DNA from: Pirellulales bacterium
GTDB lineage: Bacteria; Planctomycetota; Planctomycetia; Pirellulales; PALSA-1355
Reading direction: 5' to 3'
Assembly (NCBI GenBank): GCA_050250435.1
Contig: JBFWOR010000011.1
Span: 41,561-105,560 of the forward strand
Length of the DNA: 64,000 nucleotides
Positions 18,388 through 26,761 of this stretch are shown piece after piece (the stretch's first letter is position 1; each line of letters opens with the position of its first letter). The notes under the pieces are model-generated. The model was not told the origin of the DNA. It did no database searches and worked only from the letters and a program-made list of their open reading frames with translations. A program made the translations under genes and the position numbers.

Positions 18388-19557
18388 TTACCGTGCCATG
18401 CGTGGCTGGCTGGCCATCTGCAAGGCTTCGGCCGTGTAGCGCCGCGGATTCTGTTCGAAGCGGCGCCGCGAGGCTTCGTCGGCGAACAGGTACACGCGGT
18501 TGTCAGAGTAGACGCCGAACTCGCGCCGGCCCGGCACCATCTGCTGATTGTCCATCGCCAAGACCGGATCGTGCCCGGCGAGCACCGGCGCAAACTTGTC
18601 AGGGTCGGCCAGGAATTTTTTGACTTCGTTGGGGCCGAGGAACAAGTAGGTGCGGCCGCGATGCACGGCGCCAAACCGCGCGTCGCCCAGGGTCCATTGC
18701 TGCCGTTCCACCAGCGTCACCGGGCAATAACCGTCCAAACCCATCGGCGGCGTGCCGGGCGGCTGCGGTGCAGCACCCTGCGGATAGGAAGCTTGCATGG
18801 CGCCCGGTTGCTGTCCGTAAGGGGCTGCCGCGGGCTGCACCTGTCCGTAAGGCGCCGCAGCTGCGGCGGGCACTTGCGGCGCGGCGGCGAATTGCGGCGG
18901 CGTTTGCGCCGGGTAGCTGGGAGGCGCGGCACCCGCGTTTGCCGCGACTGCCTGCTGTTGTTGCTGCGGGAAGTATTCCGCATAGCGATCGTTCGGATGC
19001 AACGGCTGTTGCGCCACATCAGGCGCTGCGCCGGCAACCGGATAGGCCTGCGGCGCCGCAGCATTGGGCGCAGCGGCCGCCACGGCAGCGGCGGGGGCCG
19101 TGGGCCCGGTCGCCTGCGCAATATTGTTTTGCAACAAGGCCCGATGGCCCGCCGCGGCTTGACAGAGCTGCGCCACATATTGCCCGGCGGTTGGCGGACA
19201 GTGCACTTCCGACACCAGTTGCCCATTGGGCAGCGTGATCACGTCGGTGGGAATGCTCGACACGCCATACATCTGCGCCGTGCCGGGGGCCTGGTCCACG
19301 TTCAGCTTGACCATCACAAAGTGCGGATCGAGCGCGCGGCCGACTTCGGGCTTGGAGAACACCTCGTGCTCCAAGCGCAAGCAGGGCTGGCACGACGGGC
19401 CCCAGAAATGCAGCAGCACCAGGCGATTGGTGCGGGCGGCGATTTGCTGCGCGGCCTCGACGGTCGGCTGCCAAGGCATTTGGTCCTCGGCCACTGCCTG
19501 CGCGGTCCAGGAGGCCACGGCCAACGACATTCCGAAAAGCGTGCGAGCGAAACCCAT
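18388..19557 (-). CDS. Secreted thioredoxin-domain protein with Pro/Ala/Gln-rich linker and two C-terminal YHS/TRASH-like repeats
   Basis: Trimmed to the ATG at 19557-19555 (MGFARTLFGMSLAVASWTAQAVA signal). FWGPSCQPC is a CxxC thioredoxin fold. The C-terminus carries GYCPVTLVERQQW...HRGRTYLF and GHDPVLAMDNQQ...DNRVYLFADE. Confidence 0.8.
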   Translation of the reverse strand: MGFARTLFGMSLAVASWTAQAVAEDQMPWQPTVEAAQQIAARTNRLVLLHFWGPSCQPCLRLEHEVFSKPEVGRALDPHFVMVKLNVDQAPGTAQMYGVSSIPTDVITLPNGQLVSEVHCPPTAGQYVAQLCQAAAGHRALLQNNIAQATGPTAPAAAVAAAAPNAAAPQAYPVAGAAPDVAQQPLHPNDRYAEYFPQQQQQAVAANAGAAPPSYPAQTPPQFAAAPQVPAAAAAPYGQVQPAAAPYGQQPGAMQASYPQGAAPQPPGTPPMGLDGYCPVTLVERQQWTLGDARFGAVHRGRTYLFLGPNEVKKFLADPDKFAPVLAGHDPVLAMDNQQMVPGRREFGVYSDNRVYLFADEASRRRFEQNPRRYTAEALQMASQPRMAR

Positions 19558-19895
19558 AGCGACAACTCCCTGCAACGCGCGGACGAACGTACGGCGAGCT
19601 TTGGCAGGTATCGACCGCGGAGTTGCTTCCAGTTGTGCAAAATTTAGCGACTGCACCAACTTTAACGGGCGAGTGATAGCACTGATTGTTTGCCGCTCAG
19701 CACTGGCGAGGGGGCCGTCGCGCGCCGCACGTGCAAAGCATGGCTGTCGGCCTGTTCGCACGGTAGGGCCGATCGGTGCGGTTCGGCGGCGCCCGGGCAC
19801 CAAGGAGATCGCGCAATTCGCGGAGAATGCGCTTTAATCCGACGCAGCAACTGGAAAAAGCTGCCCAGTTTTCCAGGATATTGTTGAGGCGTCGC

Positions 19896-19923
19896 TTGAC
19901 ATTGGCCGACAGATGGTTATGAT
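19896..19923 (+). promoter_or_regulatory. Near-consensus sigma70-type promoter upstream of rho
   Basis: TTGACA (19896-19901), 16 nt spacer, TATGAT (19918-19923). The next plus-strand gene is rho (ATG 20358), implying a leader of about 430 nt. Confidence 0.4.
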
Positions 19924-20357
19924 GGCCGTAGTTTTAAGTTCTGCCAAGCAGGCAGGCGCCATGGCCCTTGACTGACCATCTTTCAGGGCCCCCCCGAGTG
20001 TTAATTCCTTGGGGGAAGTGTAGACGCTTCTAAGAGCAGGCTGTCCCGCTCGTTCTTGCCGGACTGGTTAACCCGCCGACGGGTGACCGCGCTTGAAGTT
20101 TCCGGCAGCTTAGCGAGACGCGCTCCGTTCGTCGCGCCTCATCGAGGCGGTACGAGCCAAGAAGGTGGCTGGCGCACTGTTTGCACGCGATCGGCTATAC
20201 GTTTTTCACGATTCACGCCGGCCACCGGCGGGAATTGACCTCTAGTAAGGGCATTCGGCATCGAAGCTGAACGGCCATTCGATCTTTTCAGATCGCTCCG
20301 CGCGCTGGCACGTGTTGCGCTAGCGCTGGCGGTGCGCCTTGGATGACCAGGTGAAGC

Positions 20358-21662
20358 ATGGGTAAGCGCAAGAAGGGGCGAGCGCGGGGACGCGGCGGCA
20401 TGGGCGGAGGCCATCCCGGGGGACATCCCGGCGGCGGAATCAATGGCAGGCCACGCGGCCGCGGCGATCATCGCCGCTTTCGCGATCCCAACGCCATGCC
20501 CTATCCCGACAACGAACCGGCCGGTGATCCGAACGAGCCGGGCGTGATCGAACCGGGCCAGGGCGTGCTCGAGTTGCACCCCAACGGCTACGGCTTCCTG
20601 CGGAACCCCAAGACCAACCTGCTCCGCGAGCGCAGCGACCCGTTTGTGCCCGGCACGATGATCGAGAAGTTCCGCCTCCGCGAAGGCGTGCTGATCAACG
20701 GACTGGTGCAGCAGGCCCGCAAGCAGCAGGGCCCCCGGCTCAAAGAAATCGTCGACGTCGACGGCCTGAAGCCGGAAGACTACGTCAACGTCAAGAGCTT
20801 TGACGACCTGACGCCGATCAACCCGGAGAGCTGGCTGCGGCTCGAGACCGGTCCCACGCCCTTGAGCATGCGCGTGATGGATCTGCTGACGCCCCTGGGC
20901 AAGGGGCAACGGGCCCTGATCGTGGCCCCGCCGCGCACCGGCAAAACGTTTCTGTTGCAGCACATCAGCAACGCCATTGCCACCAACTATCCGGAGCTCA
21001 CGCTGATCATGCTGCTCATCGACGAGCGGCCTGAGGAAGTGACCGATATGCGGCGCTGCGTGGTGGGCGACGTGATCGCCAGCAGCCTCGATCGTGACGT
21101 GGAAAGTCACGTGCGGCTGTCGCAATTGGTCGTCGAGCGCTGCAAGCGCCTGGCGGAAATGGGCAAAGACGTGTTCTTGCTCATGGACTCGATTACCCGC
21201 ATGGCCCGCGCCTTCAACAAGTGGGTGGGCAACACCGGCCGCACGATGTCGGGCGGCGTGGATATCAAAGCCCTCGACATTCCCAAAAAGCTGTTCGCCA
21301 CGGCCCGCGTGTTCGAAGAGGGCGGCTCGCTGACCATCGTGGCCACGGCCCTGGTCGATACCGGCAGCCGCATGGACGAGCTGATCTTTCAGGAGTTCAA
21401 GGGCACGGGCAACATGGAGCTGGTGCTCGACCGCAAGCTGGCCGACCGGCGCGTGTGGCCGGCCATCGACATCTCGCAGTCCGGCACCCGTCGCGAAGAG
21501 AAGCTGCTCGACCCGGAAACGCTGCACGCCGTGACCATGCTGCGGCGCACGCTGTCGTCGATGCACCACGTCGACGCGATGGAACAACTGACCAAGCAAT
21601 TGGCCAAGTTCAAGTCGAACCGCGAGTTCATCAAGTTGATCAGCGGCGTCCAGGCCGACTGA
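20358..21662 (+). CDS. rho: Transcription termination factor Rho with Arg/Gly-rich N-terminal extension
   Basis: 434 aa. OB-fold primary RNA site GVLELHPNGYGFLR, Walker A APPRTGKTFLL, Walker B MLLIDERPEEV, and DSITRMARAFN. The C-terminus ends ...EFIKLI. The first 65 aa or so are Gly/Arg/Pro-rich. Confidence 0.95.
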   Translation: MGKRKKGRARGRGGMGGGHPGGHPGGGINGRPRGRGDHRRFRDPNAMPYPDNEPAGDPNEPGVIEPGQGVLELHPNGYGFLRNPKTNLLRERSDPFVPGTMIEKFRLREGVLINGLVQQARKQQGPRLKEIVDVDGLKPEDYVNVKSFDDLTPINPESWLRLETGPTPLSMRVMDLLTPLGKGQRALIVAPPRTGKTFLLQHISNAIATNYPELTLIMLLIDERPEEVTDMRRCVVGDVIASSLDRDVESHVRLSQLVVERCKRLAEMGKDVFLLMDSITRMARAFNKWVGNTGRTMSGGVDIKALDIPKKLFATARVFEEGGSLTIVATALVDTGSRMDELIFQEFKGTGNMELVLDRKLADRRVWPAIDISQSGTRREEKLLDPETLHAVTMLRRTLSSMHHVDAMEQLTKQLAKFKSNREFIKLISGVQAD

Positions 21663-23403
21663 CACTCAGACCACCCGCCGCTTCCGCGGGTCGCCGTACG
21701 CGCCCGATGATGACGGAGCGATGCGGCACGCCGCGCTTCACCGGATCGCACGGGATCTCGGCGATCTTTTCCCACGCGAACGGCAGCACCCCGGGCGTGT
21801 GCGCGCCCAGGCGATCGTCGTTGCCGGCCCGATCTTCCGCCGTATCGCCCGGGCGGCGATCGAAGCAGAAGTACTCCACGTCGGCCGGCAATTGCTCAGC
21901 TGTCGTAGGCCAAGAGACCTGGCGGATCGGCGTCTGGTAGCTGTATGCAAAGCGATGATAGACGCGGCCCAGGCTGACGAGGTCGTCGGCGCCGGGAAGC
22001 TGTTCTTTGACGCTGGCGACGGCGGGAGCCAGGTCATTGCCGCCGGCAATGCGTGCATTGACCACGAGGCCGGAGTACGACAGCCCGGCAAACAGCGCAC
22101 CCACGGCGATGGCGACTTGCGGCCGCGGAGCCGACTCGCTGCGCAGGGCCCACAGGGCGACGCCAGCGGTGATGAGTGCCGCAGCGATCCACGCGCAGGC
22201 AAAGGGCAGGGGCTGGCGCGCGGCGGCCCAGGCGTCGGCCGGTACCAAGGTGATCGTCAGCACGCAGGCCGCGCCGATTGCCGTAGCCACGGCCAGGCCG
22301 CGCAAATAGCGCTGCCACATGGCAAAGTCTGGCCGGTACACTCCGGCGACGGTGCAGCGCTCGACGATGAGCCCCATCAACACCGCCAGGCACGGATAGA
22401 GAGGCATGTAATAGCGGCCCCGCGCGCCCGTTACGAGCCACACCGTGGGATACGACACGGCCAGCGCCACGAGCAGAAATTGCACCTGCGGCCGCGCCTG
22501 CCACAGCGAACGGCGAATGCTGGACTTTACCAGTCCGATCAGCAGCGGCGACCAGGGCAGCAGGCACGCGAACGTCTCGAACGGGTAGCTCGCCAGATGG
22601 GCCACGAGGCCGGCCATCGACACACGCTCTTCCAGAAGACCCGTCCAAACGTCAATCAAGGCGTCGGGGCCTTGCGGCAGAAACGGCACGAGCCACGCGC
22701 CGACGATGGCCGCGAACCCGAGCAGCCCGGCGGCATGCGCGCGAGAGAACAGCGTGCGCCACTCGCGTCGCACCGCCAGGAACGTCGCCGTTGCCGCCAT
22801 GAAGTAGACCGGCGCCTGCAAACCCTTGGTGAGCGCGCCCAGCGCGGCCAGCGCATAGCCGGCCGTCCAGACGAGCGCCATCGGTCGACCGCGCAGGTAT
22901 CCGGCATGCCATACCAACAGCGACCCGCCGGCAAAGAGTGTGAACAGCGCTTCGGACTCGCCGAAGCGGCCCAGCATCATCACCTGGCCGAAGGTGGCGA
23001 AGATGGCGGCCGACGCAAACGCCGCCAGCCGCGACGCCCAGCCGCGCACGTAAAGATAGATCCCGCAAGTCAACAACAGCGTGGCCAGCGCGCTAGGCAG
23101 GCGCACGGCAACCAGGTCGATCTGGCCGCGCGTCAGGCCGACCAGCGCCATGGCCCAGCTCGACAGCGGCGGGCGCTCAGCGAAGAGCGTTCCTTGCTGG
23201 CGCGGCACGATCCAATCGCCGCTGGCAATCATTTCGCGCGCGGCGTTGGCCCAGCGCGACTCTTCGCCGCAGATGGGCACGGCGGAGAGGCGCGTGAAGT
23301 AAACGGCCAGCACCAGCAATGCCAGCGCCGCGAGTTCCCACTGGCGCCACGCAGAAACCGGCCGGGGCGCAGCCGGATCGAGTTGCGATACCTGATCGCT
23401 CAT
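21640..23403 (-). CDS. ArnT/PMT-like (GT39/GT83-type) membrane glycosyltransferase
   Basis: Trimmed to the ATG at 23403-23401 (MSDQVSQLD...). At least 11 hydrophobic helices. The first loop, FTRLSAVPICGEESRWANAAREMIASGDWIVPRQQG, resembles the ArnT/PMT_2 family N-terminal loop. Convergent 23-nt overlap with the rho stop. Confidence 0.75.
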   Translation of the reverse strand: MSDQVSQLDPAAPRPVSAWRQWELAALALLVLAVYFTRLSAVPICGEESRWANAAREMIASGDWIVPRQQGTLFAERPPLSSWAMALVGLTRGQIDLVAVRLPSALATLLLTCGIYLYVRGWASRLAAFASAAIFATFGQVMMLGRFGESEALFTLFAGGSLLVWHAGYLRGRPMALVWTAGYALAALGALTKGLQAPVYFMAATATFLAVRREWRTLFSRAHAAGLLGFAAIVGAWLVPFLPQGPDALIDVWTGLLEERVSMAGLVAHLASYPFETFACLLPWSPLLIGLVKSSIRRSLWQARPQVQFLLVALAVSYPTVWLVTGARGRYYMPLYPCLAVLMGLIVERCTVAGVYRPDFAMWQRYLRGLAVATAIGAACVLTITLVPADAWAAARQPLPFACAWIAAALITAGVALWALRSESAPRPQVAIAVGALFAGLSYSGLVVNARIAGGNDLAPAVASVKEQLPGADDLVSLGRVYHRFAYSYQTPIRQVSWPTTAEQLPADVEYFCFDRRPGDTAEDRAGNDDRLGAHTPGVLPFAWEKIAEIPCDPVKRGVPHRSVIIGRVRRPAEAAGGLSVSRPGRR

Positions 23404-23654
23404 GGAATTGTCGTGAATCTGCCAGAACGCAGGACGATGAGAAAACCAAGCACGCCAGACCGGCGAAAAATGGGCCGCTACCGTCGCAAATTTCCCGCGG
23501 CGGTGCAAGAGCGCTTTGCACCGGCGAAATGCCGGATCGCCACGCTCTTTCGCCCTCTCCCTTGGCGCAGGATTATGCAGGTGCTGTCGCGGCGAGGGAA
23601 CGGAGTGCGTTGAATGAGGACTGCAAGCGCGCAGGAGCGCGTTGTGAATCATCT

Positions 23655-23698
23655 GGCTCCCTCCACCTTCGCGGGGAGGGCTGGGGAGGGGGGCGGCG
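23655..23698. repeat. G/C-rich REP-like hairpin element (copy 1)
   Basis: CCCTCC (23659-23664) pairs with GGAGGG (23675-23680), followed by CTGGGGAGGGGGGCGG. Same word family as 23861-23900. Confidence 0.45.
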
Positions 23699-23860
23699 AT
23701 ATTCCATGATCTGGAACAACGCGATCTCGCCCGCCGTTTACATTCGTTTTCGCAACCAGACGTTGGACGAAGATATCAGGCACGTCGTCGAGGAGATTCG
23801 TCCGCCTGCTGAGTGTGTCCCAGGGGTGATCGGCAGGAGAATGTGCAAGCGCGCTTGTCG

Positions 23861-23900
23861 CGCCCCTCACCCCGACCCTCTCCCGCGAGGGGAGAGGGAG
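23861..23900. repeat. G/C-rich REP-like hairpin element (copy 2)
   Basis: CGCCCCTCACCCCGA, then CCCTCTCCC (23876-23884), a 5-nt loop, and GGGAGAGGG (23890-23898): a perfect 9-bp stem. Confidence 0.5.
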
Positions 23901-24041
23901 AAAACGAGATTCGTGTGCGCGACCCGATTCGTGGGCAACGGGTTCTGCCGGCGTTTGGAGCAACTAGGCATTCACCGTAGCGCAAGCTAAAATTCGAGAG
24001 TGCCGCGCGGCCGCGGGAGCGCAGCCGGCGACGCACTTCCT

Positions 24042-24123
24042 GGAGGGTAAGCGAATGGCTAGCGGCGACACTGGAAATGTCGTGCCGGGTAACCGGTTGC
24101 GGGTTCGAGTCCCGTGCCCTCCG
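24042..24123 (+). tRNA. tRNA-Ser(GGA)-like gene (type II, long variable arm) with aberrant D-arm
   Basis: Acceptor GGAGGGT/GCCCTCC (one G-U). Anticodon stem CGACA/TGTCG with loop CTGGAAA, so anticodon GGA. Variable arm GCCGG-GTAA-CCGGT. T-arm GCGGG-TTCGAGT-CCCGT. No encoded CCA. I cannot fold a canonical D-stem from AAGCGAATGGCTAGCGG. Confidence 0.6.
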
Positions 24124-24288
24124 CTCTGACGAAACGAAAGGCCCCCGGTCGGAGACGAACGGGGCGTCATCCCCGAGGTCGGGCCGCCTGCCGCGCCCAT
24201 TCGTAGTCTGGTGGCACAATTGCCGCCGGGCCATCGGTTGCCCTTTCATGTCCTGCCGCGCCGCGAATCGCGCCGGTAGACTGAGAGC

Positions 24289-24531
24289 ATGCGATCCGCG
24301 GACCTCAACGCCCACCAGCTCCAGGCGCTACAGCAAAAGTTGGCGCCGATCGTCGACTATCTGCGTCGGCTGCGCGACCGGGCAACGCGGCAGCAGTTCC
24401 CGCACGATGACCGGCTGTTCCGGCTCATCGACCACGCGGACGACGCGGTGCAGAAGTTGGGCCTGGAGATTGCCGCGCAGATCATCGAGCGCGAAGTGGG
24501 GCAGAATCTGCCGCGGCGCCCCGGCGCTTGA
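24289..24531 (+). CDS. Small helical hypothetical protein (80 aa)
   Basis: MRSADLNAHQLQALQQKLAPIVDYLRRL...AVQKLGLEIAAQIIEREVGQNLPRRPGA. The 3' 58 nt have a diverged copy at 26314-26371, and 5 of the 10 differences are synonymous third-position changes in this frame. That supports this being a real coding frame. Confidence 0.55.
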   Translation: MRSADLNAHQLQALQQKLAPIVDYLRRLRDRATRQQFPHDDRLFRLIDHADDAVQKLGLEIAAQIIEREVGQNLPRRPGA

Positions 24532-24570
24532 CAGGCAACGACACGATAGTTAGCTTCGACGCTACTTCCG

Positions 24571-24602
24571 TTGGGCTGCCTCCATTGGGCTGCCTCCATT
24601 GG
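24571..24602. repeat. 14-nt tandem duplication
   Basis: TTGGGCTGCCTCCA at 24571-24584 and 24585-24598, then partial TTGG. Intergenic. Confidence 0.7.
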
Positions 24603-24812
24603 CCAAACTTCTGTGGCATTGCTAATGACACTCTTCTAAGTGGCCTTTTCGCGCTCTTGCATCGCAAGGGCGCCCTTCTTGTTCTGGCTACTGGTTCCGG
24701 CGTGCGACGCTTGCCACCAGCACGCGCCCTTCGTCGACCGCCCCGCGAAATGTGCGAGACTCGCTGGTCTGCAGGCGCGACATCACGCGTCTGCCGACAG
24801 CAGGAAATAAGG

Positions 24813-26357
24813 ATGAAGATGAAAACGATTGCTGCGCTCCGTTTCGAGTTGGCCGTTATGGCCTTGGGGTTAATCGCATCGCCCGCGCTTGCGGCACTGC
24901 CGATGACGGGTGCCTACGTTCCGCAATTGCAGGCCGTCGACACGCTGTTGCAGAATTTCATGATCAGCAGGCCGATTCCCGGCGGGACCGTCGCGATCAC
25001 ACACCATGACCAGGTGATCTACGAGCGCGGAATTGGATACAGCGATCTGGCGCGCACCAGCCCCATGCAGGAGACCGCGCTCATGCGGCTGGCCAGCGTG
25101 ACCAAGCCGGTCACCGCGTCAGCCATTCATCAGCTGGCCAAAGACGGCGCGCTCGACCTGAACGCCAAGGTATTCAACATCGGCGGCAACGGCGGCATCT
25201 TGAACATCACGCCGTACAACGGCGTCCTCGGCGACAGCCGATTGGCGGACATCACCGTGCGGCAACTCCTGGAGCACAGGGGCGGGTGGAACAGGGACAC
25301 GGCCGGGGATCTGGCCTTCCGCGACGTGCAAATCGCCGACGCCATGGGACTTGCAAGTCCACCGGGGATCGACAACTCGGCACGGTACATCTTGAGCCGA
25401 CCGCTGCAGTTCACTCCCGGCACATCGTCAAACTACTCCAACATTGGCTACATGTTTTTGGGCATGGTGGTGGAGGCGAAGTCGGGACTAGCCTATGAAA
25501 GTTATGTCGACAGCCACGTGCTAGCGCCAGCCGGCATCCCTGCGTGGGAGATCAACGCCGGCCGCACCTTTGCGGCGGACCAGAACCCGCGCGAGCCCGA
25601 GTATTCCAGCCCGTACCAGGTCCAAAACGTCTACGACCCGTACGCGCCGATACCGATGTTGGTGTCCTCGCCCTACGGCGGTTGGGACCACGAAAAGGCG
25701 CTGGCCTATGGCGGGCTGATCGGGTCGGCCAAAGCCATGGCCACTCTGGCGGAGGCCCGAATTGCCGCCGGGCCCGAGATCGGCACCCTGCGCTCGGATT
25801 ACACCACGTACACGAATTACTGGTGGTATCACACAGGGTCGCTCGACGGCACCGACACGCTCATGCTCCAAGCAAGCTGGAAGGATTGGACGTACTCGAT
25901 CTTGTTCGACCAGCGGCCCACGAGCGGGCCGTCGTACACCGATTCGCTGGTCACGTCGATGCAAAGCATCTTGGAGGGGCTGGCGACGTGGCCGGAGCCG
26001 CTGGTCTACAGCGGTGATTTCACCAATGATCAGTGGCTGACACTGGATGACATCATGCTGTTCAATCAGGCATTCGCGCTGGGCAGCAATGCAGCGTTTT
26101 ACGAACACTTCCCGACCGCCCGGTATCTCGCGGGGGACTTTGACGGCGACGGGCGCGTCGACGCGGCGGACGTGGCAGGGCTCATCGGGGCGCTCGAGCA
26201 CGCCGGGGTGCCGGACGACCTGATTGCGTTGGTCGTGCCCGAGCCGCCCGCTCTCGTGCTGGCGTTGATCGGCGTCACGGCTTTTGGCGTCGTGTATCGG
26301 TCGCGGCGCCGCCGCGGTGCAGACGCTGGGCCTGGAAATCGCCGCGCAAACCATTGA
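24813..26357 (+). CDS. Secreted serine hydrolase (beta-lactamase/PBP fold) with dockerin-like Ca-binding segment and PEP-CTERM anchor
   Basis: Trimmed to the ATG at 24813 (AGGAAATAAGG RBS; MKMKTIAALRFELAVMALGLIASPALA). SxxK nucleophile motif ASVTKPVTA and YSNIGY (YxN). DFDGDGRVDAADVAGLIGAL is dockerin/EF-hand-like. VVPEPPALVLALIGVTAFGVVYRSRRRR is PEP-CTERM. Confidence 0.85.
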   Translation: MKMKTIAALRFELAVMALGLIASPALAALPMTGAYVPQLQAVDTLLQNFMISRPIPGGTVAITHHDQVIYERGIGYSDLARTSPMQETALMRLASVTKPVTASAIHQLAKDGALDLNAKVFNIGGNGGILNITPYNGVLGDSRLADITVRQLLEHRGGWNRDTAGDLAFRDVQIADAMGLASPPGIDNSARYILSRPLQFTPGTSSNYSNIGYMFLGMVVEAKSGLAYESYVDSHVLAPAGIPAWEINAGRTFAADQNPREPEYSSPYQVQNVYDPYAPIPMLVSSPYGGWDHEKALAYGGLIGSAKAMATLAEARIAAGPEIGTLRSDYTTYTNYWWYHTGSLDGTDTLMLQASWKDWTYSILFDQRPTSGPSYTDSLVTSMQSILEGLATWPEPLVYSGDFTNDQWLTLDDIMLFNQAFALGSNAAFYEHFPTARYLAGDFDGDGRVDAADVAGLIGALEHAGVPDDLIALVVPEPPALVLALIGVTAFGVVYRSRRRRGADAGPGNRRANH

Positions 26358-26371
26358 GCGCGAAGTCGGGC
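26314..26371 (+). pseudogene. 3' remnant of a paralog of the 24289-24531 small gene
   Basis: In a frame different from the hydrolase it reads AVQTLGLEIAAQTIEREVG, against AVQKLGLEIAAQIIEREVG at 24445-24502. No matching 5' part is present. Confidence 0.55.
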
Positions 26372-26480
26372 CGGCGGACCAGCGCGGCGAGCAGCACTGA
26401 GCCCCTTAGTCTACCGATCAATTCCTGCTGCGTCCCAATCACCAGGAAATCGGGTAGTGGGCCAGTTTGAATTTTGCGGA

Positions 26481-26732
26481 TTATTCGGCCACGGTCGGCG
26501 CAGGATAAACCTTTCCCGTCAGCCAATCCGCTCCAAAGAACAGGGCGAGTCCCACAATGATCCGGCTGCCTGAATAGGAAAACGCGGTAGCCAATACTAT
26601 CAGGAAGAACTGCTTGTCGTCGTGGTATTCGCCAACAGTGGCAAGTTGGCTTGGCAACATCTCTAGGCCGACCACTGCCTCCCAGAGGCCCATTGCCTTT
26701 ACCAAGACTGAAAACAGGTCGCGGCGTTGCAC
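26481..26732 (-). CDS. Small membrane protein (83 aa), low-GC islet
   Basis: Hydrophobic helices (VLVKAMGLWEAVVGL, FFLIVLATAFSYSG, IIVGLALFFGADWL). Local G+C is visibly lower (50% and 58% in two hand-counted 60-nt lines). No family recognised. Confidence 0.5.
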   Translation of the reverse strand: MQRRDLFSVLVKAMGLWEAVVGLEMLPSQLATVGEYHDDKQFFLIVLATAFSYSGSRIIVGLALFFGADWLTGKVYPAPTVAE

Positions 26733-26761
26733 AGTCGGTCCTCCTGAGAGAGGGTAGTGGG

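Noticed and set aside
18295-19647. 450-aa plus-strand ORF
   Set aside because: It is antisense to the thioredoxin-domain gene, which has a signal peptide and CxxC motif. The translation is Arg/Gly/His-rich.
20139-21665. 508-aa minus-strand ORF, and the 21721..23613 plus-strand ORF of 630 aa
   Set aside because: They are antisense to rho and to the ArnT-like glycosyltransferase respectively. Both partners have strong family signatures, and the shadow ORFs are Arg/Gln/His-rich.
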